From an uncultured Bacteroidales bacterium (GTDB lineage Bacteria; Bacteroidota; Bacteroidia; Bacteroidales; WCHB1-69), in the NCBI GenBank assembly GCA_900315245.1, contig OMYJ01000006.1:199572-263571 (forward strand): DNA of 64,000 bases, given 5' to 3'. A model generated the notes under the pieces. The model saw only the letters and a list, made by a program, of their open reading frames with translations. It did no database searches and was not told the DNA's origin. Below are positions 1 to 9,227 of the stretch, one piece after another (the stretch's first letter is position 1; the number at the start of each line of letters is the position of its first letter). The translations under genes and the position numbers were made by a program.

Positions 1-404
1 CCCATCAACATTTTTTAGAAAGGAGGCGCATTTTGGATTTGACAATTGTACTATCAGAGAAAAGCCAACTGCCAAAGTAAAAAAAAGCCCGCCAGCATAC
101 GCTAACAGGCTTGTGTGATAACAGTCTTCTCTATGTTTTATTGCAAAGGTTGGTCCTCATTGCGGATAACAGCTAAGGCCTCCTCTCGGTAGCGGTCATT
201 GTTATCGGCGTTTTTGTAGTTTAGGTTGTACGGTTATGCGATGAGGCGCGAGACATCTTTCTCGCCACTTATCTCGCCGCGAGGCGAGATAATATATACC
301 ATAACACTCGTTACCGCCCTTTCTCGCCATATTTCCCGCCACTTGGCGAGAAAAATAGACTTCAAGTGCTCATCCCTATCTTTTCTCGCCATACCACGAA
401 TTTA

Positions 405-1910
405 TCATTTCGCAATTCGGTATGTGGTAGACCTACCAACGCCATCTCTTATCAGAAGTTTCAATTCAACCAAATGTTTCAATTCGCGTTCCGCTGTTCT
501 AGCAGAAATACCGAGTTTTTCAACCACCTCGCCTTTACTGTGGGACTGCCCATCATTCAACTTGAAGAAATCGAGTAATTTGATTTCACCCTCATCCAAA
601 TCCGCAAGAACATCGTCCACCTTCTTTACCGCTTCTGCATTTCTTGGCAGCGTAAATACCAAATAAGGCTCTTGATAGCTGACCAAAGGTAGCGGCAAAT
701 TGTATTTCTCCGTCAACTCCCTCACCGTCATAAATCCAAGGCCTCTTTGTTCTGCCAAATCCAATGCATCAAACACAAACATAATCTTTGGATTCCTACT
801 CAACGATGGCGCACTAAAATTCGATATCTGATCAAGTTTGATGGGTGGCACTGCATATCCAGGCGACTTGATGATAATGGCATCATCATTTATCTCCAGA
901 TATATTGGAGCACCCTCTATATCATAGTCCCTATGCAGGATGGCATTTTTAACCAGCTCGTTAATAACCTCTATCGGATAGTTATAAATATATTTTCTTC
1001 CGGGCTCCGATCTATCTATCTGCCTGCCCAACCGTTCTTCATACCAATTAAATATCTGCTTGGGCTGTTCAACAAGTGGCCCGCCAACCGTTTCTATGTC
1101 TTCTTTCCTGCCAGCGGACTTATAAGTGGCTCTGATAAAGGAATTAGGATATACCAACTGGGGCCTCTTACCAAACAGAAGAAGACCCAATCCTGTTGGA
1201 ACATATACCGACTCTCCTTTTTCGTTTTGTTTTATATCCAGCAAGCCAAGTTGTGAGAGAACTCTGAGCCCTTCTGACGTATGGAAATCTCCCAACTGAG
1301 CCTTTTCCATGAAACCAGCGACTAATTCTTCCGACAAGTCATCCAGTATAGTATTTGCAACCACATTTTCCGTTTTTGAAAGAATCACCACCTTAGGTTT
1401 ATCCTCCTCCGCCAACTTCGCACGTTCTATAGCAGCACTCAGGAAATCCTTGTTGCACTCCTCTATCTCAGCCTGCAAGTCGCGGGGATACATTTCCACT
1501 TCCACGTCATTATCAATAAGCCACTGGATACCCTTTCTGCATACTGTCGGGTCAGGATCTTCGATACCAATATACACTTTGGCTATTCTAGCATTTACAA
1601 TACGCTCAGCACATCCCAATTTCGGAAAATGGCGAGCACCGGGTGCGCATGGCTCAAGAGTGGCAAAGAGAACATTCCCCTCCACCTTCTCCGAACGGCA
1701 CTTCCTTTCCAGCAAAGTAAATTCCGCATGGTCACCCTCTCGTAGTTCTCCACGATACGCTGTTTCGTAAGTCAAATCTTGCCTGACCATCACAGCCCCA
1801 ACAAAAGGACTTGGCTTTTCGTCCGGTCGTTTCTCTTGGATAGAACTTTTCATCACATTAATCGAAAGCTCCATAAATTCCCTTATCTGTTTCTGTGTCA
1901 ACACTACCAT
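405..1910 (-). CDS. RibD/dCMP-type zinc deaminase domain fused to a RecG-like HATPase_c_4 'putative DNA-binding' module and a C-terminal winged HTH
   Basis: 501-aa ORF. The N-terminus 'GDHAEFTLLE...TLEPCAPGARHFPKLGCAERI' matches the HAE / PC-x(n)-C zinc-deaminase signature. The middle ('PTGLGLLLFGKRPQ', 'VKNAILHRDY') resembles AlbA_2/HATPase_c_4 regulators. The C-terminus 'ISARTAERELKHLVELKLLIRDGVGRSTTYRI' looks like a wHTH. Confidence 0.7.
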   Translation of the reverse strand: MVVLTQKQIREFMELSINVMKSSIQEKRPDEKPSPFVGAVMVRQDLTYETAYRGELREGDHAEFTLLERKCRSEKVEGNVLFATLEPCAPGARHFPKLGCAERIVNARIAKVYIGIEDPDPTVCRKGIQWLIDNDVEVEMYPRDLQAEIEECNKDFLSAAIERAKLAEEDKPKVVILSKTENVVANTILDDLSEELVAGFMEKAQLGDFHTSEGLRVLSQLGLLDIKQNEKGESVYVPTGLGLLLFGKRPQLVYPNSFIRATYKSAGRKEDIETVGGPLVEQPKQIFNWYEERLGRQIDRSEPGRKYIYNYPIEVINELVKNAILHRDYDIEGAPIYLEINDDAIIIKSPGYAVPPIKLDQISNFSAPSLSRNPKIMFVFDALDLAEQRGLGFMTVRELTEKYNLPLPLVSYQEPYLVFTLPRNAEAVKKVDDVLADLDEGEIKLLDFFKLNDGQSHSKGEVVEKLGISARTAERELKHLVELKLLIRDGVGRSTTYRIAK

Positions 1911-1993
1911 ATTTATAAAAAGTTATAATCGTTAATCATTCGTTATCGTTTTGGGGATTCATCCCCGCTCCAAACAAAAATGAATTACAGCCA

Positions 1994-3535
1994 TTAGTGT
2001 CTTTTGCTCCGCACGTGGGTCGGCTCCTTTTTTGTCCCCCGTCTGCCATCCTCCCACAGCACCTCTGGCTCATGGCAGAAGCAATTCAAGTGAGAAAACT
2101 TAGCATTGGTATATTCCTTAACCGCTTTCGTAGAGTGGTTAAGGAATTTAACACACTCGTCAGGCTGTGAATGAGACTCTACACCTCCACCTACCGCGTC
2201 AAAGCATATTGCACGATAGCATCGTATATCAGCAGAGAGTCCCAAGGTTTGAATTAGTGAATATAACTGATACATATCCATCTCATTTGCAAGATTAGTC
2301 ACCAACTCCTCTAACGACGCCATTAACCTAGCAGGGGCGGCATGAGCCAGTAGTTGCTCTATCAATTCGGGATGCTCGGTTCCAATATGCTTTAAGAGCA
2401 CAGATGTTACCACCTGCTGCACCCTCTCTCTCGCCCAATGAAGTGCTTGCTGGAAATCGTATGTCTGTAATGGGTATTTTCTTATGTATTCCTGCACAAA
2501 TCTTACCTTGTCCTGATATGAATCACCAGTGCACTGGCTCATATCTATCTTGTAATCCTGAATTACTATCATAAGATCCTTGGGACGGTAATGTGAAACA
2601 TCAGGCTTTTCATATATTCTGGGAATAAGCCTTTGCGCATACATCTTGTTAATCTCCGGTCCCCTATAATCTTTGCTAAGAATTACGTAATACTGGAATG
2701 TACTGAACAAATCCACATAGCCATACAGAAACCTATGCCCATCACTATACTCTGTCGAAAAAACCTTCACAGAATGAGAAGGATAGCCATCCTCAAAAAA
2801 GTACCGGCCATTCTCAAACAGAATATCAAACACTGAAATAGGCACAAAAGGAAACATTTCCGTCTTTGAACAATCAAAGGTAGCGGTGCCATCAGGGTTG
2901 ATATGTATCACATCCTTCAATTCTTCCCTTTCCACACCACAGTCCAGGGCATATTCGGCGGCTATCTTTACTACCCCGTTTTTAAAGTCAGCATTAAAAG
3001 TGTCTTTTCCTTTTGAAAAGTAGTATGCCAGATATCCCTGGTCATGGATGTCTGTCACCTTTTCAATAGTGTAAGCATTGATGTCATAACCATTTTTCTG
3101 CAATTCCCTGGCCAACACATTGATGTATTGTTTTATACGATTCTTCTCTGCATAAACAGTAATCTTATTCCCTTCAATTTTATGATACGGTTCTATGGGC
3201 GTAACTACACCGTCCTTATATTGTATGGGACGATTGGACGCTTCTGCATCATCTGTTGGAGTATCATAAAGGCAACCTAGTATGACTTTCGGATTACCTT
3301 TTCCGTGGTCAGCGGGAATCAGACGGTCGCTTAGTGCCGCGATGAACGCGTCAAATATCTTGCAAAAAGAAGAGTCTTCTTTGCTGTATTTCGAACCACA
3401 CTCCTCGCAAAGAATTGTTTTAGAAATCAGTTTTCCACGGATACCATTGTGTATGATATGCTCCCCATGTGCCTTACATTGCGTGGCGTCCGTAGGATTG
3501 TCTGAAAGCTCTCTATTGCAGATATAGCAACGCAT
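1994..3535 (-). CDS. HNH-motif (N-terminal) protein with a large uncharacterised C-terminal region
   Basis: 513-aa ORF. The N-terminus 'CYICNRE...HGEHIIHNGIRG...ILCEECGSKY' has a CxxC...H..H.N...CxxC layout typical of HNH/zinc-ribbon nucleases. It starts 3 nt after the upstream gene's stop. Confidence 0.5.
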   Translation of the reverse strand: MRCYICNRELSDNPTDATQCKAHGEHIIHNGIRGKLISKTILCEECGSKYSKEDSSFCKIFDAFIAALSDRLIPADHGKGNPKVILGCLYDTPTDDAEASNRPIQYKDGVVTPIEPYHKIEGNKITVYAEKNRIKQYINVLARELQKNGYDINAYTIEKVTDIHDQGYLAYYFSKGKDTFNADFKNGVVKIAAEYALDCGVEREELKDVIHINPDGTATFDCSKTEMFPFVPISVFDILFENGRYFFEDGYPSHSVKVFSTEYSDGHRFLYGYVDLFSTFQYYVILSKDYRGPEINKMYAQRLIPRIYEKPDVSHYRPKDLMIVIQDYKIDMSQCTGDSYQDKVRFVQEYIRKYPLQTYDFQQALHWARERVQQVVTSVLLKHIGTEHPELIEQLLAHAAPARLMASLEELVTNLANEMDMYQLYSLIQTLGLSADIRCYRAICFDAVGGGVESHSQPDECVKFLNHSTKAVKEYTNAKFSHLNCFCHEPEVLWEDGRRGTKKEPTHVRSKRH

Positions 3536-3538
3536 ATT

Positions 3539-4168
3539 CTACTCGTAAAACGCATCCGTATCTATCTCCAGCTCATCACAGTACTTCACACTGTATTTCT
3601 TGCCATCATAGCTGATAGAGCCCTTAAATTTAAATGGGAAAGACATGCCCATAGGCTCGTCACCCTCTTCCTGATTCAAGTCCGAGCCATATTGCAGTGT
3701 TACTTCCACCATACCGCTACAAGTAATATGTAAGTTTCCATTCTCTATTGTTATCTCGCTAATACTCACATCATGCACTTCGTCTATTAATGTATGGGTA
3801 GATAGCGCATCTAATTCTGACGGAAATTCCAAAGTAAAGTATTCCGTCAAAACAGGTTCAATATCATCAAACTCAATTGTCTTGAACTCAGGAACACGCG
3901 AAACCACAACAATGAATTTGGCATTGGGGACTGTCTTAAAATAGTCCGCCATAGCTTTAATTCTCCGCTTGGCCTCTGGATTTTCGCTATGCGTTTTGAT
4001 TTCAACATAAACAGTTTCATCACCCTTGGTCGCTACAAAGTCAACACGATAGGGGCCAGCCTTAGCGTCCGTTTTTATGGTATAACCCTTTTCTCGGTAA
4101 TCGTCTGCAATCTGTTCAAGGGTAGCATGTTCAAAGCTCTTGATAAGATAATTCCTCAATGGTTTCAT
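3539..4168 (-). CDS. PD-(D/E)xK (Hjc/YraN-like) nuclease-fold N-terminal domain protein
   Basis: 209-aa ORF. 'GYTIKTDAKAGPYRVDFVATKGDETVYVEIKT' matches the D...E-x-K restriction-endonuclease-like core. It overlaps the upstream gene's stop by 4 nt. Confidence 0.5.
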   Translation of the reverse strand: MKPLRNYLIKSFEHATLEQIADDYREKGYTIKTDAKAGPYRVDFVATKGDETVYVEIKTHSENPEAKRRIKAMADYFKTVPNAKFIVVVSRVPEFKTIEFDDIEPVLTEYFTLEFPSELDALSTHTLIDEVHDVSISEITIENGNLHITCSGMVEVTLQYGSDLNQEEGDEPMGMSFPFKFKGSISYDGKKYSVKYCDELEIDTDAFYE

Positions 4169-4614
4169 ATACTTGCCTCCCCTATTTTAATTCTTGATTC
4201 TTTAAACTTGCAACATTCAATATATAGGCATTTTACATCAGTATCAGCCAAGCCTTGCATTAAGTCAGCAGCAACAGCACCGTCAATGGATGAAGCGTCT
4301 ATAAACTGGTATGGATGAATGTTAACATCCACCACTGCTGCGGTACGCATCACAATCTTTCGGTCATCAACATATAGAAGATTGTTCACAGCATCCCATA
4401 TCGGTTTGCTTATGTTGTCACAATCCACATTAACCCCACTACTGGTGAAAAAGTACACTCTTGCATACAACTCCTCGTTAGGAGGAAACTTTGGCACATC
4501 ACCTTTGAATTTCCGTAAAAACGCAGAGCGTATCTTTTTAGAATACGCTTCTTTATTTTTGGGACTTCTTGAATTGTATGATAATGGTACTAACCCTCGT
4601 ATCACTAACTCCAT
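4165..4614 (-). CDS. RusA-family endodeoxyribonuclease-like protein
   Basis: 149-aa ORF. 'VDCDNISKPIWDAVNNLLYVDDRKIV' matches the RusA D-x-D-N-x2-K-x3-D-A...DD catalytic pattern as I recall it. Confidence 0.6.
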   Translation of the reverse strand: MELVIRGLVPLSYNSRSPKNKEAYSKKIRSAFLRKFKGDVPKFPPNEELYARVYFFTSSGVNVDCDNISKPIWDAVNNLLYVDDRKIVMRTAAVVDVNIHPYQFIDASSIDGAVAADLMQGLADTDVKCLYIECCKFKESRIKIGEASI

Positions 4615-4906
4615 ATATTATCCAATCATTCAACGTTTCAGCACAGTTTACTTTCGCCAACAGAGCCTCCAGTTCCTCACGCATATGGTGTAGCCGCAGA
4701 GCAGTATCTCCGCCTTTCTTTCCTTCCCACTCATTCGTATTGATTCTTGTGTTTATCCCCCCCAACCCTAACAGCTTCTTGAACACCTCCACACGTTCCA
4801 ATTTTAGTTCTCTGGCAATAAGGAGTTTCTGCTGGCGTTCCCACCAGTTACTGAGACCACGTTCAGAGTCCTTGAACTTCGATGGTCTTCTTTGTTCGCT
4901 TTCCAT
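4553..4906 (-). CDS. hypothetical helical protein (uncertain)
   Basis: 117-aa ORF co-directional with the operon. Its 3' end overlaps the RusA-like ORF by 62 nt, so one of the two boundaries may be wrong. Confidence 0.3.
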   Translation of the reverse strand: MESEQRRPSKFKDSERGLSNWWERQQKLLIARELKLERVEVFKKLLGLGGINTRINTNEWEGKKGGDTALRLHHMREELEALLAKVNCAETLNDWIIYGVSDTRVSTIIIQFKKSQK

Positions 4907-4960
4907 GAAGTTAATTTCTGCCTGCCATTGGGATGTCCAACACTCACATGGAGTTATAAT

Positions 4961-5992
4961 CTACTCTGCGTCTTCTGTTTCAATCTCTTGTGAGATTAGC
5001 TTGTACTTAGCCCTTATATTCTCACGTTGGTAGAAATCAAGTAAGTCCGCCTTATTCAGATAGCCGTCTTCAAGGTACTTCGCCAGATATTGCTGATTAA
5101 ACTCAATTGACAACAGGCTCTTCTCTATGTTTTTGAGTATCTGCTGGTTATTTTTGATATTTGTCTTCACCAACATCCCTATGTTCTGCACATCGCGAAT
5201 GTCTTTCAAAAGACGTTGAATGAGCATATTTACAAATTCCACTTCTACGTTCTTTCCATCCTTGCGCAGTGCCAACCCACGGGCCAGATTATAGGCTATG
5301 GCCAGATTGTGGTAGTCAGAGGCTTCGTAATCAATAATGCATATAAACCCGATATTATCAACATAAGCCACCCCATCCAAAGCACGTTGAATGGAAGCGT
5401 TTGCCAACGATTTGTCAAATACAATGATACTTGTATTGGCATCACGGTTAACTGTTGCTTCTAACAATTGGCTCCAAGCCGTATCGTACTTATTGGAAGC
5501 TATGTCAGGTGAATCTATATCACCAAACTTTATGCTTTTGTCAAACTTGCATTCTATGGCTATTTTTCTGTCATTCTCGCCACCTACATAAGCAATGATA
5601 TCACCTGTTTTATTGTTCTTTATAGTTCCTTTTATTGTTCTGGTCAACGCCACAACATCACTCAAATGATACCCTTCGATGTATCTTTCCAAGAACTCCA
5701 GAATATCATTTTCAGCAGCTACACCTTTGATAGCCGTCTTGTGGAAAACCTCCTGCTTCATATCATAAAGCAGTTTCAGGTTCTCCAACTGCACACCCAG
5801 ATCATCTGTGGTTTTTGACAAGAAAGCAGAAAATCTATCTTCCATCATTGCGAGCACACCAATACGGATGGCACGCAACAATGCAGATTCTCTTTCTGCC
5901 TCAGGCAGAGAGTCAAAATAGTTATAAACCAGCTCGTCCGATATTTCAAAGCTGTCAACCTGAACACGTTGTAGTTTGTGGTCAATACGCAT
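4961..5992 (-). CDS. hypothetical protein with a possible PD-(D/E)xK core
   Basis: 343-aa ORF. 'TGDIIAYVGGENDRKIAIECKFDK' gives a D...E-x-K arrangement, flanked by helical N- and C-terminal regions. Confidence 0.45.
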   Translation of the reverse strand: MRIDHKLQRVQVDSFEISDELVYNYFDSLPEAERESALLRAIRIGVLAMMEDRFSAFLSKTTDDLGVQLENLKLLYDMKQEVFHKTAIKGVAAENDILEFLERYIEGYHLSDVVALTRTIKGTIKNNKTGDIIAYVGGENDRKIAIECKFDKSIKFGDIDSPDIASNKYDTAWSQLLEATVNRDANTSIIVFDKSLANASIQRALDGVAYVDNIGFICIIDYEASDYHNLAIAYNLARGLALRKDGKNVEVEFVNMLIQRLLKDIRDVQNIGMLVKTNIKNNQQILKNIEKSLLSIEFNQQYLAKYLEDGYLNKADLLDFYQRENIRAKYKLISQEIETEDAE

Positions 5993-5995
5993 TGC

Positions 5996-6208
5996 TTATA
6001 CTCTAGAATAGCTGTAACCGCCTTTTTTGATGTACTCGTTAAGATATTTGCCGTGTGAATCAGCAGACATCAGTCCATCATACAGGGTTTCCGGAACATC
6101 ATAATACTGGTAAATGGCTCCGTTTAAGAACTCAACCTCTAAAATCTGGCTTATCGAATCATAGCCTATAGAGGCAATATTCGATGATGACACATACTTT
6201 CTATCCAT
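5996..6208 (-). CDS. KTSC domain-containing protein
   Basis: 70 aa. 'SSNIASIGYDSISQILEVEFLNGAIYQYYDVPETLYDGLMSADSHGKYLNEYIK' matches the KTSC domain pattern as I recall it. Confidence 0.7.
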   Translation of the reverse strand: MDRKYVSSSNIASIGYDSISQILEVEFLNGAIYQYYDVPETLYDGLMSADSHGKYLNEYIKKGGYSYSRV

Positions 6209-6211
6209 ATT

Positions 6212-8077
6212 TTATTCTATTTTTGTTTTTTGCATTCTCCACGTTTTAGTAATATTGGCATAATCATTCTCACTAATAGACAGATCTTTATTCCACCCTT
6301 GCCTGGGTTTAACTTCCTTTGACACCTTCGGATCCTGACTGTCAGGCCTCAATGCCTCTGGCGGGAAAAAGATGTTAGTCCTCATGGGCATCCTGACGGC
6401 TTCGCCCACGATAATTGATTCTCCAGTTTTCAGTATGGGCAACATATTCACCAGTCCTGACAGATTATCAGACACTGTACCGGCCACTATCCCTTTATCA
6501 TTTGAATTGGTAAGTCTTAATGAAATGGTCGTGCCACATTGTGACAGTATGGTGGGGTCTATTTCTGATGGTCTCTGGCTCACTATCATTGCTCCCATTC
6601 CATATTTACGGCCTTCCTTAACAATACGTTTAACAATAGAAGATGCTCGATTGTTGTTGTTAGTGCCCAAATAATTATGAGCCTCTTCCATCACTATCAG
6701 CAAAGGGCGCTCCCTTGCGCCTTGTGGTAATCTCCTGCCCCAAAAAAGAGAATCATACATCAAACGAAGCATAATGCCAACTATGTCAATCAAGATACTG
6801 CTTGGCACTCCAGAAACATCAAAAACCGACAACTGCTTTTCTCCATACCACTTTTTTAACAATGCATCCAAATCATTCTCCACCGCCCCCTTTTCATTTG
6901 GCACATATCCATCGGGATAGAAGATGAAATCATATCTAGGGTCAGCCATTCGGGCAAGCAATTGTAAAAGCTGCCGTTTGAGGCTTAATGAGATCTTCGC
7001 AAGATAAATCTGCCTATCAACAATCGCCTTATAAACGGGCAATGAGAACGGTTCAATTCCCCCAGCCTGTTTGTTCCCGTCCTTTTCTTCAAACGCTTCG
7101 GTTGTTTTTGTCAAGTCAAAGTCTTCATCTATCTCACAATAGCACTGTCCAGTCTGGGGTTTGCTGTGAGTTGAGAACACCAAACGGTACAGATATAATA
7201 CAAGCCTTTTTAAACTGAATGGAACTGGCGTGTCTGCAGAGATAAGGTCAGCATTTAGACAGGCGTACTGTTCTGCATTTTCTCGGATAGTCAGTTTTTT
7301 CAGTCGTAACACATATTCTGCTATCTGAGCCCTGTCGCTATCGTTGATATCCCCGAAGGTAAAATCCACAAACTCATCAAAACTCATTGCCCAATATGGG
7401 ACAACCAGTTTCAACCCAGGCTCAAGTTCCGGGTAGATACGGAACACATTTGCGCTATCCTTAAATGTTTTCCCATATTCTCCATGAATATCTATCAGCA
7501 CGATACGGGATGAAGGGAACTTGTTTTTGGCAATCAATGTGCTTATCAGTCCCGCAACAGTAGTGGATTTGCCCGTACCGGTAGAACCCACTACCGAGCA
7601 ATGACGGCTAATCAGCTTGTTTATGTCAACCAATGCAGGTATATTGTCTGCTCCAGAAATATTGCCTACAGATACATATTCCGCTCCTTGTTCTTGTCCA
7701 TATATGCTGTGCAAATCTTCTTCGGTAACAATATACACCTCATCATCTATCATTGGGTACTGGGATATACCACGTTCAAAAGGTTGCCCTTGCGCGCCCT
7801 CTCCAACCAATTGCACTGTCATCCAGCGATAACCTAAGTTTTCACCTTCCCTTAGGCTTTCAGGAATCGCATCTGCTCCAACTTGAACTATGGTCCCATA
7901 CAGATTCAGATAGCCTTGCGGTATCTTTACAAAACCTCCAACTTGCCCAATCTTATATCCGTTACCATTGATGTAGGTAATACTCGAATTCAAAGAAGTG
8001 TACAGTTGCACAGAGACATTAGTGCCCGATATGCTACGCACAACACCTATCACCGCTGGATTGTTATTTGTCTGCAT
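6212..8077 (-). CDS. herA: HerA-like (DUF87) ATPase, partner of the SIR2 protein
   Basis: 621 aa. It has an N-terminal barrel-like 'VIGVVRSISGTNVSVQL', a Walker A 'VVGSTGTGKST' and a Walker B 'LLIVMEEAHNYL'. It overlaps the SIR2 gene by 14 nt. Confidence 0.85.
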   Translation of the reverse strand: MQTNNNPAVIGVVRSISGTNVSVQLYTSLNSSITYINGNGYKIGQVGGFVKIPQGYLNLYGTIVQVGADAIPESLREGENLGYRWMTVQLVGEGAQGQPFERGISQYPMIDDEVYIVTEEDLHSIYGQEQGAEYVSVGNISGADNIPALVDINKLISRHCSVVGSTGTGKSTTVAGLISTLIAKNKFPSSRIVLIDIHGEYGKTFKDSANVFRIYPELEPGLKLVVPYWAMSFDEFVDFTFGDINDSDRAQIAEYVLRLKKLTIRENAEQYACLNADLISADTPVPFSLKRLVLYLYRLVFSTHSKPQTGQCYCEIDEDFDLTKTTEAFEEKDGNKQAGGIEPFSLPVYKAIVDRQIYLAKISLSLKRQLLQLLARMADPRYDFIFYPDGYVPNEKGAVENDLDALLKKWYGEKQLSVFDVSGVPSSILIDIVGIMLRLMYDSLFWGRRLPQGARERPLLIVMEEAHNYLGTNNNNRASSIVKRIVKEGRKYGMGAMIVSQRPSEIDPTILSQCGTTISLRLTNSNDKGIVAGTVSDNLSGLVNMLPILKTGESIIVGEAVRMPMRTNIFFPPEALRPDSQDPKVSKEVKPRQGWNKDLSISENDYANITKTWRMQKTKIE

Positions 8078-9227
8078 CCGAATGGTCTCCTATCAGCTGT
8101 TTAAGGAATGAGGTAAACGCATCAAAATCTCCAAGTGAGACTCGTTTGTCAACAATATTCAGGTCAAATCCGGCAAAGTCTTTATTGTCTGTTTCATATT
8201 CTGCCCATTCATATTCTTGGGTTCCCATGATGGCTTTGTCATCGTACCACACACTCAAGTTAGGCCTCTCCTTCGCTCTGTTCACAGCTTCCGGGGAATA
8301 TGGATTCCCTGCCGCATCAGCCATCTTTCCAAACATCAATGCGATGACATTTGCGCTTTTATTCACTTTCAGCGCATTGATCATAGTGTCGTTGATGTGT
8401 TCATCGCTAAAAGAATAACCGCAAATCAACAAGACTGCATGAGGTTTCAACAAAAAAGCCGTCAACCTATCGGACATGGCCAAGAATGGCATCTTCCGGC
8501 TTTGGTCATATTTCAATTTGGATGGGTAAATAAGTTCGGGAGAACCAGCCACATCTTTGGTTACTCTCGACACATTCTTTCCAAGCACTTTCCAGTTCAC
8601 TGAACCATGAAGTTTCCACAATCGTGCCCAATATGGTGGCAAATCGTTACGTTCCACGGAATGAATGTCAAAGAAAGGATAGCGCGAGCCAGAAAAGCCG
8701 TCAAAACACGGAACATATTGCTCTTCAAAGGCTTGCTCCAACAGTAAGTCATAATTGGTGGTGAATACCTCCACGGGAACTGCACGGTCAATAGCACTCA
8801 CCCATTTCGCAAAACGGCGATATGAGTTTTCACCATCCGGCAAGTCTTTCTTTACGGACTCTGCTATTTTATCGCAAATATCTATTTCCAGAGCCTTTAG
8901 TTCTGCTTCTGAAAATCCACGCACACTACCACCTGCTGCCACTTCTTTCATGGAGCGAATAAAGGTAAGTACATCCTCTACATTCTCAGTATCTTTGGCC
9001 GCTATCCCCATTTCTTTCATTAGGCGCTTATATGGAGAGTCAGCGGCATCAGTCTCGTGAGCATCAGAGATTATCTGCGTCAGTCCCCTCATGTCGGGAA
9101 GGATTGGGTTACCTCCATCTTTCACTGAACGTGGGCAACCAGCCGCAAGGAAGAAACCCAACGGTGATTTATCTTGTGAAAGAAGTAGCCTTAAACTGCG
9201 AAGGTGTCTTAGTTGATCGTGTTTCAT
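8064..9227 (-). CDS. SIR2-like (SIR2_2) NAD-utilising domain protein
   Basis: 387 aa. 'FFLAAGCPRS', 'VFTTNYDLLLEQAF' and 'LWKLHGSVNW' are SIR2_2-type motifs. It sits immediately upstream of HerA, the arrangement of SIR2-HerA anti-phage systems. Confidence 0.8.
   Translation of the reverse strand: MKHDQLRHLRSLRLLLSQDKSPLGFFLAAGCPRSVKDGGNPILPDMRGLTQIISDAHETDAADSPYKRLMKEMGIAAKDTENVEDVLTFIRSMKEVAAGGSVRGFSEAELKALEIDICDKIAESVKKDLPDGENSYRRFAKWVSAIDRAVPVEVFTTNYDLLLEQAFEEQYVPCFDGFSGSRYPFFDIHSVERNDLPPYWARLWKLHGSVNWKVLGKNVSRVTKDVAGSPELIYPSKLKYDQSRKMPFLAMSDRLTAFLLKPHAVLLICGYSFSDEHINDTMINALKVNKSANVIALMFGKMADAAGNPYSPEAVNRAKERPNLSVWYDDKAIMGTQEYEWAEYETDNKDFAGFDLNIVDKRVSLGDFDAFTSFLKQLIGDHSDADK

Noticed and set aside
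226-666. 146-aa plus-strand ORF at the window start.
   Set aside because: It runs antisense to the 3' end of the deaminase-fusion gene and through the TCTCGCC repeat cluster. No motif is present.
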